IMG/VR virus record: IMGVR_UViG_3300033273_000409
Span: 1 to 60,780 of that record
Reading direction: 5' to 3' (one strand)
Origin: a virus
Taxonomy: Duplodnaviria; Caudoviricetes
Length of the DNA: 60,780 nt
Part shown: in pieces, positions 1-10,800 of the stretch
Layout of the letters: every line of letters starts with the position of its first letter
How positions within the stretch are numbered: position 1 is the stretch's first letter
The notes under the pieces: model-generated
What the model was told of the DNA's origin: nothing
Databases searched by the model: none
The model's input: the letters and a program-made list of their open reading frames with translations, nothing else
Made by a program: the position numbers and the translations under genes

Positions 1-783
1 CACTTATGTAAGAAGAGTATTCCTACGATTGTTGCTAAAGGTGAGGGTAAAGGTTCTGCAGGATTTTTATTCTGGGAGACTTCTGCTGGATATAATTTCA
101 AAGCAACAGATGAGGTTTTTGCTGGACCTAAGAAGTCAACAACTAGTCCATTCAAAGGTGCAGAAGAGAAAGAAACTTATTTTTGGAATGTGGCAAGAGA
201 GAATGATAGTAACGATCAAGCATCTGAGGCAAGAAATGTACTATCATTCAAACTCTTGTCAAATGACAACTCAGAAAAGGCAGCTATCCATGGTGGAAGA
301 TCTAATCTGATTGGATTTTTTGATGTAAGTTCTCTACAGTATAATGAGTCCATATATAAACTTGAGGACAACTTTGATAGTTTCGGTCATCTAGCAAAAG
401 GTCCTGTTCCTTACGGTAGTTCTGGCAATCCAACCAGAATTATGACTAAGATCTATAACAATGAAATGTATGAAAACAGTGACTCTAAAGCACAATCTGA
501 AAGTTATGATAAAATAAGGCAGTCTTTAGCGCAACAACTTATCAGGAAGAATCTTTCAAACAACAATAAAGTCGAAATAAATATCTACGGAAATACTAAC
601 TTACACGCAGGAGATAAGATCTACCTCGCGGTCTTGAAAGGTAAAAGTTCTGCTAATACAAAGGAGAACTATGATAAGAAGCAATCTGGATATTACACGA
701 TTGCTACACTGGTACATAGCATGCAACCACAAGGCATGAAAACATCTCTACTGCTACTTAGAGATATCAACAACGAGGAGTAA
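1..783 (+). CDS. Baseplate hub gp27-like protein (5'-truncated by window edge)
   Basis: Frame is open from base 1 (HLCKKSIP...GFLFWETSAGYNFK...) into track ORF 190-783. C-terminal GNTNLHAGDKI..SGYYTIATLVH resembles T4 gp27/phage hub proteins, and the gene lies just upstream of gp5. Confidence 0.55.
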   Translation, partial: HLCKKSIPTIVAKGEGKGSAGFLFWETSAGYNFKATDEVFAGPKKSTTSPFKGAEEKETYFWNVARENDSNDQASEARNVLSFKLLSNDNSEKAAIHGGRSNLIGFFDVSSLQYNESIYKLEDNFDSFGHLAKGPVPYGSSGNPTRIMTKIYNNEMYENSDSKAQSESYDKIRQSLAQQLIRKNLSNNNKVEINIYGNTNLHAGDKIYLAVLKGKSSANTKENYDKKQSGYYTIATLVHSMQPQGMKTSLLLLRDINNEE

Positions 784-786
784 ACC

Positions 787-999
787 ATGGAAAACATCGA
801 AGCACACATCAAAAAAGACAAAGAGATTCTTGAGAATCCAACAACTTCGCCACAGATGCGTCGTCATATTCAAGAAGAATTGCACGACCTAGAAGAATAC
901 AAAGAGCATCATCCTGGGGATGATCATGATCCCACACCTTTAGAACTATACTGCGATCAAAACCCATCAGAACCTGAGTGTCTGATTTACGACGATTGA
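787..999 (+). CDS. cp12: Cyanophage CP12 (Calvin cycle inhibitor, auxiliary metabolic gene)
   Basis: 70 aa ending in the CP12 signature TPLELYCDQNPSEPECLIYDD (C-terminal Cys pair); GAGGAG RBS upstream. Confidence 0.92.
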   Translation: MENIEAHIKKDKEILENPTTSPQMRRHIQEELHDLEEYKEHHPGDDHDPTPLELYCDQNPSEPECLIYDD

Positions 1000-1005
1000 T
1001 AATAA

Positions 1006-3693
1006 ATGGAACAATTAACGAGTCTAACAAAACCTAACTTTATCGGTAAAGACACATTCAACTGGTGGGTTGGGCAAGTCGAAAAATCTGTTGACACTGC
1101 TAAAAATTCTAACCGAGTCAAGGTTAGAATTGTTGGATATCATTCTGACAGGAATGATGTGAAAGCAGAGGACTTGCCATGGGCTCAGATACTTTATCCA
1201 CCGACTAACTCACAAATGAGTGGTCAGGGGACAAAATGTATGTTATTGCCTGGACAATGGTGTCTAGGATTCTTCCTTGATGGTGATGAACAACAGATCC
1301 CGATTGTATGGGGATTGTTAGGTGGAACTTCAAATACTGATGATAATTCTCAGGTTTCTGCAGAATCTTTTAGTAATCCACAGAACATCTGGAAGAAACC
1401 TGATTATGTAATGCCAGAGAACGCAGGCAAGAAACCTGGATCACCTTCAGCAGATAAAACCAACGATCAACCACATCTTGCACCAAAAGCAAAAGAAGAA
1501 GACGAGATTGCAGATGGTGGTGGTAGTCCAAGAAAGGTTGCAGAAGATGAATTAGGTAGTCAGGCGGATCAAAAACGCTCATCAGATGAAGCGTACAAAG
1601 TCAATAGAGGAGACGGAGTATGTGCATCTGAGGGTATGATGGATCAGATGGCTGCTAAACTTGAAGAGTTTAGTAATAAACTTGCAAACGTAACTAAGGC
1701 AGGTGAGAATTGGATTGACGAAAAAACTGGAACTGTCTTAGACATTCAGGCAGATGTCAATACATATTCTACTGTGTTGTCTGATATGATGAAGCATCCG
1801 CTGTCAGCAATCATTAGATTTACTGAGCAGCAAATTGCTAAAGCTTATCCTGCAATTTATGGTGCAGCAGCAAATCCTAAACCAAGTACACTAAGAGGAA
1901 TTAAGAAGACCCTTGATACTGCATTGAATACAATCAAATGTATTATGGAGACTGGTCTCTTAGAGGGACTATTCCCACAGTTCAATGATATGTTGAATGG
2001 TATTCTGGATCAAGTTACCAGTGCTCCCACAAAGTTCTTCCATCAGGCAAACTGTGCAATTCGCAAAGCGATGGGAGATATTCTCAACAGAGCATTGGAG
2101 TCTGTTACTAATGCACTCAACACTGTTGCTGATCTTCTTCTCGCTATTTTCTCTGATCTTGGATCACTTCTTGGTACTATCAATGGATTGATCAGTTCAG
2201 TTATTGGTTTTGCAAAATCAATTCTTGGTGTTCTTGGTTGTATTGATCCTGATCTTATCAAGTGTAACAGATCTTTTGTTTATGATACAAAGCAGGGATT
2301 CATGAGACCTCAGATGCCCGCTATCCCTTCATTTGGTAATACACAAACAGGAGCAGCATTAGAAGCAGCAAAGGCATTTATGGATAATCCTATTGCTGCT
2401 GATACTCTTGCAGAAGATGGTTGCGCTGATCCTGATGTCGGAACATATCCATCAGATAATAGACAACTATTAGTACCAGGATATACATCATCGAGTTTCA
2501 ATCAGGCATTGAATCCATTTATTGATCAGGATGAACTTATTGAAGGATTTATTTGTTCTGAGGTTATTGATGATGTCATTCAAGGTAACTTAGATATTGT
2601 CGCTGTTGCCACAGATGCTATTGCTGCTGGTCAAGATCCTACAATCCTACAGACAGCACAAACTGCTCAACTTGTACTTGCGTCTGGTGGTGGAACTGAG
2701 GCACAGATCTATCAAGCTTCTGTATTGATGAGAGATCTTGGTATTCTAGACAACTATCAAACTTGTGTTGCTGGTGAAGGACCAACATATGGAATCAATG
2801 GTACAGCATTGGGTTGGAATCCATCAGACAGAGAGATACTAATTGGGCAGTTAGATGCGCCTCTGATTGATGGAACCTGGGTCAGATATAAGAGAGATAG
2901 GAAGAAGAACATGAAGATTGCATCTTCACGGTTTATTCCTAGATCAGGTGATTTAGGTGGATCAGGTGCAAACATCATTCTACCAATTGATGGTAATGGT
3001 TATCCTGCACAGGATGGAATTGTTATTGATGGTGGATCTGGATATGGTAATGGTGCAAATGGAGCATGTGCTCCTGATCTATTTGTTGTCACACCAATGT
3101 ATGATCCTAATACAGGATTTGAAGTTGATGGACACTTCCTCAAAGGAACTGCATTTGTTAATGTAAATGGTGAGATTGTTGCAGCATCGTTTGAGAACAC
3201 TGAAGGATATGTATTCCGAGATAAACCTGTTGTTAGTATCAACATGTGTGGTGGTGAGTTTAGACAACCTGATGTTAGAGATGCTGTCAATGATCCAAAC
3301 ACGTTGACTAGTCAGACTGATACTACTGTTGTAATTGCAGCAGAATCTCCTGATGTGACTGGTATTCTTTTTGATATTGTCATGAGGAATGTTGGTGCTG
3401 GTTATATTGATCCAGTTGTTGAGATTTCGGGTGGTTGTTTTGGTCATGGTGCTGCAGCAGTTGTTGAACACTCACAAGGTAGAATTACTGCTATTAAACT
3501 AACTGATTCTGGTATTGACTATAATTGTATTCCACAAGTTATTATTCGTGATAATATTGTTGGTACAGGTAATAGAGTTGGTGGAAAGGGTGCTAAAGCA
3601 GTCGCCCGTGTTAGGTTTGTAAATAGAAACAACAGATCACTGCAAGAAAAACTTGCACAAAGACAACCAGTACAAGTAGTCGATTGCCCATAA
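1006..3693 (+). CDS. gp5: Baseplate hub/spike gp5-like protein, N-terminal OB-fold part
   Basis: WWVGQVE..RVKVRIVGYH..DLPWA..GQWCLGFFLDGDEQQIPIVWG is the gp5/VgrG OB-fold signature. C-terminal 'GxGY..P.V.I.GG' repeats are typical of cyanophage structural proteins. Confidence 0.85.
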   Translation: MEQLTSLTKPNFIGKDTFNWWVGQVEKSVDTAKNSNRVKVRIVGYHSDRNDVKAEDLPWAQILYPPTNSQMSGQGTKCMLLPGQWCLGFFLDGDEQQIPIVWGLLGGTSNTDDNSQVSAESFSNPQNIWKKPDYVMPENAGKKPGSPSADKTNDQPHLAPKAKEEDEIADGGGSPRKVAEDELGSQADQKRSSDEAYKVNRGDGVCASEGMMDQMAAKLEEFSNKLANVTKAGENWIDEKTGTVLDIQADVNTYSTVLSDMMKHPLSAIIRFTEQQIAKAYPAIYGAAANPKPSTLRGIKKTLDTALNTIKCIMETGLLEGLFPQFNDMLNGILDQVTSAPTKFFHQANCAIRKAMGDILNRALESVTNALNTVADLLLAIFSDLGSLLGTINGLISSVIGFAKSILGVLGCIDPDLIKCNRSFVYDTKQGFMRPQMPAIPSFGNTQTGAALEAAKAFMDNPIAADTLAEDGCADPDVGTYPSDNRQLLVPGYTSSSFNQALNPFIDQDELIEGFICSEVIDDVIQGNLDIVAVATDAIAAGQDPTILQTAQTAQLVLASGGGTEAQIYQASVLMRDLGILDNYQTCVAGEGPTYGINGTALGWNPSDREILIGQLDAPLIDGTWVRYKRDRKKNMKIASSRFIPRSGDLGGSGANIILPIDGNGYPAQDGIVIDGGSGYGNGANGACAPDLFVVTPMYDPNTGFEVDGHFLKGTAFVNVNGEIVAASFENTEGYVFRDKPVVSINMCGGEFRQPDVRDAVNDPNTLTSQTDTTVVIAAESPDVTGILFDIVMRNVGAGYIDPVVEISGGCFGHGAAAVVEHSQGRITAIKLTDSGIDYNCIPQVIIRDNIVGTGNRVGGKGAKAVARVRFVNRNNRSLQEKLAQRQPVQVVDCP

Positions 3694-3697
3694 GATT

Positions 3698-4369
3698 ATG
3701 TCTATTAGAGATACAAAAGCAAGTCCTGGGTATGTTCAGGGACAAACATTCTTCGATGGATCTGCACTAAGATTCAACACAACGCCAGGTGAGGAAACAT
3801 TTGAGTTTCTTCATAAATCTGGTAGTTCTATCAAATTTGATGCTGGTGGTAGTATTTCCATCATTGCAGAGAAAGATATCATGATCAGGGCAAAGAGTGG
3901 TGAGAACTCTCACATTCAAGTCAATGGTGATTTTGATATTGACATCTCAAAAGAGATGAAGATCAAAGCAAATAAGTTTGACCTTGATGGTGGTAAAGCA
4001 ATCCGCCAGTCTGCCAAAGTTGTTACAACAAAGGCAGAGAAAGAGCATGTTCTGAAGGGTGAAGCGTTTACGATTGAGGGATCTAATACAATCCACGTCG
4101 AGACTAATGCTATTAATACTGTGGTAAATACGATGGAACATCAGGTCAATGGTGTATTCATTATGGAAGCAGTCAACGGAATGGCAGTAACTCAACTCAA
4201 CCCAAAAGGTGGTATTGAGTTTACTAATGCTGGTTTCTGGACTAATGATACTGCAATGAGCATGTATACGACTGTAGGTTTAGAAAGAGCAGATACTACT
4301 GGATTGGCACATACTATCAGGGCAGGCGGCGTCCTGACCATGAGTGCGTTCAGAATTTATCTGAACTAG
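3698..4369 (+). CDS. gp5 C-terminal beta-helix (spike) like protein
   Basis: FNTTPGEETFEFLHKSGSSIKFD motif as in the gp5C/VgrG region, followed by short beta-repeats; directly after the gp5 N-part. Confidence 0.65.
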   Translation: MSIRDTKASPGYVQGQTFFDGSALRFNTTPGEETFEFLHKSGSSIKFDAGGSISIIAEKDIMIRAKSGENSHIQVNGDFDIDISKEMKIKANKFDLDGGKAIRQSAKVVTTKAEKEHVLKGEAFTIEGSNTIHVETNAINTVVNTMEHQVNGVFIMEAVNGMAVTQLNPKGGIEFTNAGFWTNDTAMSMYTTVGLERADTTGLAHTIRAGGVLTMSAFRIYLN

Positions 4370-4372
4370 GGG

Positions 4373-4402
4373 TTGACACGCCACCCAAAGGCGTGGTATA
4401 CT
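4373..4402 (+). promoter_or_regulatory. Sigma70-type promoter for small ORF and tRNAs
   Basis: TTGACA (4373-4378), N18, extended TGG-TATACT (4397-4402). Confidence 0.7.
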
Positions 4403-4426
4403 TACAAAGTAATCAGGAGACAACCG

Positions 4427-4606
4427 ATGGATCAAGACGTTCTGACGAGGGTCGTTGTTGACGTTGAGAAGCGTAAGTTTTATCTTTACTCTTTACAAGG
4501 TGACGAACGTATGGTAGAATGTGAATCACCCAACGAGTTCATGAACGTCTTGAAATTGTGTCGGGAAATGCTTGATGAAGACACCTTAGTATACGTTTCA
4601 CTCTGA
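4427..4606 (+). CDS. Hypothetical protein (59 aa)
   Basis: ATG at 4427 with AGGAG RBS, downstream of the promoter; MDQDVLTRVVVDVEKRKFYLYS... Confidence 0.75.
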   Translation: MDQDVLTRVVVDVEKRKFYLYSLQGDERMVECESPNEFMNVLKLCREMLDEDTLVYVSL

Positions 4607-4611
4607 ATGCT

Positions 4612-4696
4612 GGGAGTGTGGCGGAATAGGTAGACGCACCAGACTTAAAATCTGTTGGGCATTGTGCCCGTGAGAGTTCAAGTCTCTCCACTCCTA
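4612..4696 (+). tRNA. trnL: tRNA-Leu(TAA)
   Basis: Acceptor GGGAGTG/CACTCCT, D-arm GGCGGAATAGGTAGACGC, anticodon arm CAGA-CTTAAAA-TCTG, long variable arm, T-loop GTTCAAGTC; no encoded CCA. Confidence 0.95.
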
Positions 4697-4698
4697 TT

Positions 4699-4772
4699 GC
4701 CACTCTAGCTCAGCTGGATAGAGCAACGGTTTTGTAAACCGTAGGTCGTCGGTTCAAGTCCGACGAGTGGCT
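4699..4772 (+). tRNA. trnT: tRNA-Thr(TGT)
   Basis: Acceptor GCCACTC/GAGTGGC, D-arm GCTCAGCTGGATAGAGC, anticodon arm ACGGT-TTTGTAA-ACCGT, T-loop GTTCAAGTC; no encoded CCA. Confidence 0.95.
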
Positions 4773-4813
4773 TTGGCGATACTGTCGTCAGTGACCCCTT
4801 CCGTGTGACTTCA

Positions 4814-4837
4814 AAAACCCTCCTTCGGGAGGGTTTT
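4814..4837 (+). terminator. Intrinsic terminator after tRNAs
   Basis: AAAACCCTCC-TTCG-GGAGGGTTTT perfect hairpin with cUUCGg tetraloop and T-tail. Confidence 0.9.
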
Positions 4838-4843
4838 GTTGTT

Positions 4844-4851
4844 TATAAATA
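4844..4851 (+). promoter_or_regulatory. T4-type late promoter
   Basis: TATAAATA 33 nt upstream of the ATG of the structural gene at 4885. Confidence 0.8.
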
Positions 4852-4884
4852 TGCATATAGGATCCGTATGTCTAATAAAAGAGC

Positions 4885-7800
4885 ATGTCACTCACTCGCC
4901 TAACAAACCTGATTAGTTCTACTGAAGGTCGTTTTCTCTATGTTGATCCTAGTGAGTTCAACTCGTCAGACCTTATTTCAAATAGGGGCAACTCACCAAC
5001 AAGACCCTTCAAAACTATTCAGAGAGCACTACTTGAAGTTGCAAGATTTTCTTATGTCGCTGGTCCCGACAAAGGAAACGATAAGTATGATCAATACTCA
5101 ATTCTTCTATCACCAGGGGATCACTGGATTGATAACAGACCTGGATACTTTGTAGATTGGGATAAAGACACAAACTATTGGAATACTGATCAGGAGATCA
5201 ATGGGCAAGTTATTGTTCCTAAACTGACAGATGGATCCAACTTTAATATTTTTGATGACAACAACGACCTATTCAAGTTCAACTCCACTGAAGGTGGTGT
5301 AGTCATTCCTAGAGGTACTTCCATCATTGGTAGTGACCTCCGTAAAACGAGAATTAGACCTCGTTATGTTCCTGACCCAATGTATGCGGAGTATCTAGAC
5401 TCCAACAATATAGGATATGGTACGTCTGACTATAAGCAACCTGGAGCATATGTAGAGGAAGCATACAATCAGACTTTAGGAAGAACATCGTTCTTCAGAG
5501 TTACTGGTGCTTGTTACTTCTGGCAGTTCTCTATCTTTGATGCTGTTCCAACTAACACTGGTGGTATCTACAGATATGCAACTAATGACTTTGCAGATAT
5601 TGTCAAGTTCACTAAGTATTCTGCAAACTATGAGTGGAATCTATCTCAACAACCACTCACAACTGATGCCACAACTGGTCTAGGATCACACCACAAAATT
5701 ACTGGTTTTGAGTATGCCAATGGAATGTCAGTTGCTGACATTGTTTGCACTCAAGCAGTCAATGATCCCACTGCCACTGATATCTACCTCAACAAGATCA
5801 ACAGTGGTTCGCAGGCAAGAATCTTCATGGGAGATTACCTGCTGATTGATAATTCTACTGCCTCATCGAGAGAGGTTGTTAGAGTCAAGAAGGTATATCC
5901 TGAAGAGAGCAGAATCACTGTATATAGAAACCAGTTAGGTACAACAGCCCCTGCACTTCATGAAGCAAATACTAAGATCACTAAACTGAATGATCTTGGA
6001 CTGTATTATGCAAAGGTTGCTAGAGGTTTCTCTGACGCTGATATTATTGACCCTATTACTGATGCTGAAGGTGAGATTGAAGCAAGACAGCAGGAAAATA
6101 GAATTGTTGGTCCTCTGAACGTAGACAATAGAATTGAGTCTATTGCTATCAATCTGATTCAAGGATCGAGATATAGAATTAGTGTTACTACAAGAGGATC
6201 ACATGGTCTATTCAAGAACCAGATCGTTTCTTTGAAAGACCTGGATGTAACTGAAACCTCTCAAGGTACTGGATTTGGTGGTGACATCAACGGTACAGTC
6301 TTTGTTACTAGTGTTATTAATGCTAACACAATTCAATGTGAGAAGGTTCTTTCTTCCTCTACAATCCCACAGACATATAGTTTCAATACTACAGCAGCAG
6401 CAACACTGATTGCTGATATTGATACTGTTGACTCTGCATCACCATATATCTTCAACTGTTCGATTCGTTCAGTCTTTGGTATTTGTGGCATGTTGGCTGA
6501 TGGATCTAAGGCAACTGGATTCAAGTCAATGGTTGTTGCACAGTACACGGGTGTTTCGCTCCAGAAGGATGATAGAGCGTTCGTTCGTTACATGTATCAG
6601 ATCCAGAATAGAACTGATGCTGATGGCAACCCACTGAAAGATCCCGCATGGTTGACAGAATCGCAGGTAGGATTCACTCTACCATCTGACCAAGTATCGA
6701 CTACAGTTGCTACACTACACAGTGAAGGATCTGCACTCTATCGTGATGACTGGAGAACTTTCCACGTTCATATCACAAATGAGAGTTTGATTCAGGCAGT
6801 TTCTGTCTTCGCTGTTGGATTCTGTGATCACTTCTTGATTGAAGATGGTGGTGACATTTCTATTACCAACTCTAACTCTAACTTTGGTAATACAGCTCTG
6901 AGAGCGATTGGTTTCCGTGAGAAGTCATTCCCTCAGGATAAGTTTGGTAAGATCACTCACATCATTCCACCTAAGAAGATTGATGATACTGCTATTGATG
7001 AACTGTCCTGGTATCCATTTGATGTTGCAAAGGTACAATCATCTAATACAAATGCAACCAGAACCAAACTACATCTATTCAATGCTAAGACACCAAATAA
7101 GACACCAACTTATCTGTTTGACAACAAGTATGTTTTAGGTGGTAAGCAAGATGAAGACCTAGATGTTGAGATGACTCTAGGTGCTATCACTGTTGTCAAA
7201 AACGTACAACTAGCAACCAACGTAACTGGTTCTGGTTCATTCGAACACGTACAAGAGAAAGTATTTACAGTCAACCCAAATACTGACGTTTGTACTCTGT
7301 CTGGCGGTCAAACTCACCAGTGGAGAACTGGTACACCTGTCAGAATTGAATCTGAGATGGGTTACTTACCTGATGGTATTGAACCTAACACCACATACTA
7401 TATTATCTCAGAGAATGGTGGTAGATGGACAAGTTCTGGTCAAGGATGGAATGGACCAACTGGAACTATTACAAACAGAGATAGTCAGTTCAAACTTGCT
7501 AAGACTATTGAAGAAGCAAGAGCAGGTACTGCTATCGATGTTCGTACTGATAATCCACCCAAAACTGTCAATACACAGGGTGAAATTACGGCAACTGGTG
7601 AACTGAGGGTCATCCAAAGAACCTCAGACATGAGACCAACTCCTACATCATTTGAATTCATTACTAGTACAAACTCTAACGAGTTTATTACTGTTAATGA
7701 TGCAACTGCTTTGGGACCAACAGAAATTCCTCACGGATTTGATAAGGGACAGCCTATCTTCTTCGTGAAATCTTCTGCGACAGATACAATGCCATCTCTG

Positions 7801-10800
7801 TCGAGTGGTCCTCTGATTCAGACACAATTCTACTATGCATATCCAACTAGCACATCAAGATTCAAGATCGTTGCTACATTTGACGATGCAAATAATGATA
7901 GAAACCTGATTACTTTAGGTGCTATCGCTGCTGCTGGTTCCGTCAAAGTATTTGCTAACTCTGGTCAGTGGCAAGCTGCTCCATGGATTACAAGATGCCC
8001 ACTACAGTATGATCCTCTGAATCCACTGGGTGCCTCTAATCCTGTAGACACTGAAACAGGAACTGCTGGTAACTGGATTGTAACTACTAAGACAGCAAAC
8101 AACCAGGTTATTGATGCTCTTTTGAGTGAAGGGGACTTCCAAGGAGATCAAGCACCTAAAGCAACACAACCAGCAAAACTCAAGCGTCAGAGAGACGTTA
8201 GAACTAACTATGATAGAACATATAGATTCAGATATGTTCTACCTAAAGAGTTCAAGTCTGCTCGCCCACCATTCCTTGGTTATGTTGTAAAACTAAGAAC
8301 TAATGCTGATGGATATGTACCTGAGACATGGGATGGTGGTATTCCTGGAGACTATACTCAGTATGAAAGAACATATTACATCTATGACATCACTGAGGTT
8401 CAGGACTTTATTCCTGGAGTACAAGATGGTGTCTACTATCTGACACTGCTGCTTGCAGATATTCAGGTTGATCATGACAGAATGGTTCGTGGTGATGGTG
8501 GTTCTATCTCACAAAACTGGTTCAAGAAGTTCAAGTTTAGTCAGAGCACCGCTGAACTATATCCTTCATTGGATGCTGATAATCCTGTCAGTAATGCACC
8601 AGTCGCTAAATCAGTTGCAGACCATAGAATTCAAGGTTATGTTTACTCTGATTCTAGAAGTCATTCTATCACTAGAGAGGCAGCAGCTTCTTTCCTCAAT
8701 GATAACAACTATGCCACGGTTGCAATCTCTAACATTACTGTAGAACGTGAAGGTTCAGCAAGAAGAGGTAGAGAAGACCAGTCAAGAATCTTACCTGTTG
8801 GTTATCTGAGAAGTGGTTCTTCAAATAGAACTGAAGATGAGGGTATTCAGATTGAACTTCGTAGACCATCTTTGGTTAGATCTGGTAACCATACGTTTGA
8901 ATATGTTGGTTATGGTCCTGGTAACTACTCAACTGCTTTCCCTGCTAAGCAACAACGTGAACTGACAGATCGTGAGGTTGTTGTATCACAGGCGAAGAAA
9001 GAAGATGCGGGTGTTGTATTCTATTCTGGTCTGAACTCACAGGGTGATCTATATGTTGGTAACCAGAAGATTAATGCTGTTACTGGTGCAATCGAGATTA
9101 TTGATGAGGCAATTCTAGAGGTTTCTGCTGTACCTGCGGACAACATTCCTGTTGGTGATGAAGAAGGTGCAGATTCTGGAGATGATGTATTTGATCTTGT
9201 TGTCAAAGGATCACTAACTGTTGAGAACTCTGACCAAGATTCAGCTGCTAGACAGAAAGGATCTGTTAGGGGTCCAACTAAGTTTTTAGGTGGTGTTCAG
9301 TTCAATACACCTAAGGATGCTGGAACTAAGACCCAGAAAGTTACATTCTATGGTGCAGGTAATGGTTTCTCAGTAAGAGATACTGGTGATTATCGTGGTG
9401 TTCATGACCTATTCTCTACAAACAACGTAAGTTTGAGAGCAGTTGGTGTCGAAACTTCTGGTGGTGAAATTACATTTGAAACCTATGATACTGATTTAGC
9501 ACTAAGAAAGGACACTACACTTTGGGCGCTAACTACACGTCCACCAATGCATGCTGCTGGTGCTGGTGATAACATTGAGAACATGGTAAGTTCTGCTGGT
9601 CTACTAGTAGATGTTACCTGGGCTCATGGTCAAAGTTTTGGTGATGTTGCACACAAAGCATCTGCTGCATTGAGTGCTGATGCTACATCAAACAACCAAT
9701 CTTGGATCTTCTTACCTGATCCTGCTGGTCAAACTGATGGTGTCTGGTATCAAACAGGCATGACAAAGACTGGTGGTCTATATGCTTTTGAGGATAGAGA
9801 TACACCAACTGAAGGTAGACTAGGCATCAATGGTTACTATAGAAACTCTGCACGTACCTCTAACTTCTACATCAAAGCAGGATCTACACGTCCTAATGAT
9901 TGGTTGGTAGGTATTGATAAGTCTGATGGATCTCCTGTTATGTGGATCGATCAGTCACGTTCTGGTGCTTCTGGAGCACTGACACAACCATCAGTTGCAT
10001 ACTTCCAAGACGCTCCAAGAACAAGAATTACTGAACTTGGTGGTGGTGTTTATTCATTCGATGTTGCACCTGGATATGTTTCTGCGTTTGGTGATACTGT
10101 TGTAATGTCATCTGATCTATACCTAGAAGACGATATGTTCTTCCGTGGTCAGACTAGTGGCATCTCAATTCCTAACAGTCATGTGTGCTATTCATCTTTC
10201 CAAAATGACAATGATGAGAACTATTTCTTCAGAGTTAAGGAACCAACTAACACTAATAATGTCTATAGAAACTTCAGTCTAAACAACGGTTTCTCACAAC
10301 CTGCAGGTACACTCTTCTCACCAGAAATTCGTGATGATATTATGAACCAAGCACTACCTGTTGGTGCAGTTATCATGTGGTCTGGAACTAACTCTAACAT
10401 TCCGAGTGGATATGTTCTATGTGATGGTGGTACATACAACAACAGATTTGGTACGACAACAGTTGCACCAAACATGACAGATAAGTTTGTCAAGGGTATG
10501 TTGAGTGCTAATGGAACTGGTGGTCAACATACTCAATCAAGAACTATTTCAATCTCTGCTCACGAACTATCAAGACCAGAAATTCCTGCTCACACTCACG
10601 GTTTGAACGGTCAATACTTCGAACACAAACACAACTATACTAAAGCTTATACGTCAACGGAAGGCACTGAATTGGAGCAAGAAGGTGTGCCCGATGGTAG
10701 CAGATTGTCTTTCATGACTGATGCATTGACTAGTAATCCAGACTATGGAGATGGTGAGACCCAACCTGGACCTGATTTCCACAACGATGTAGGTGGTGGT

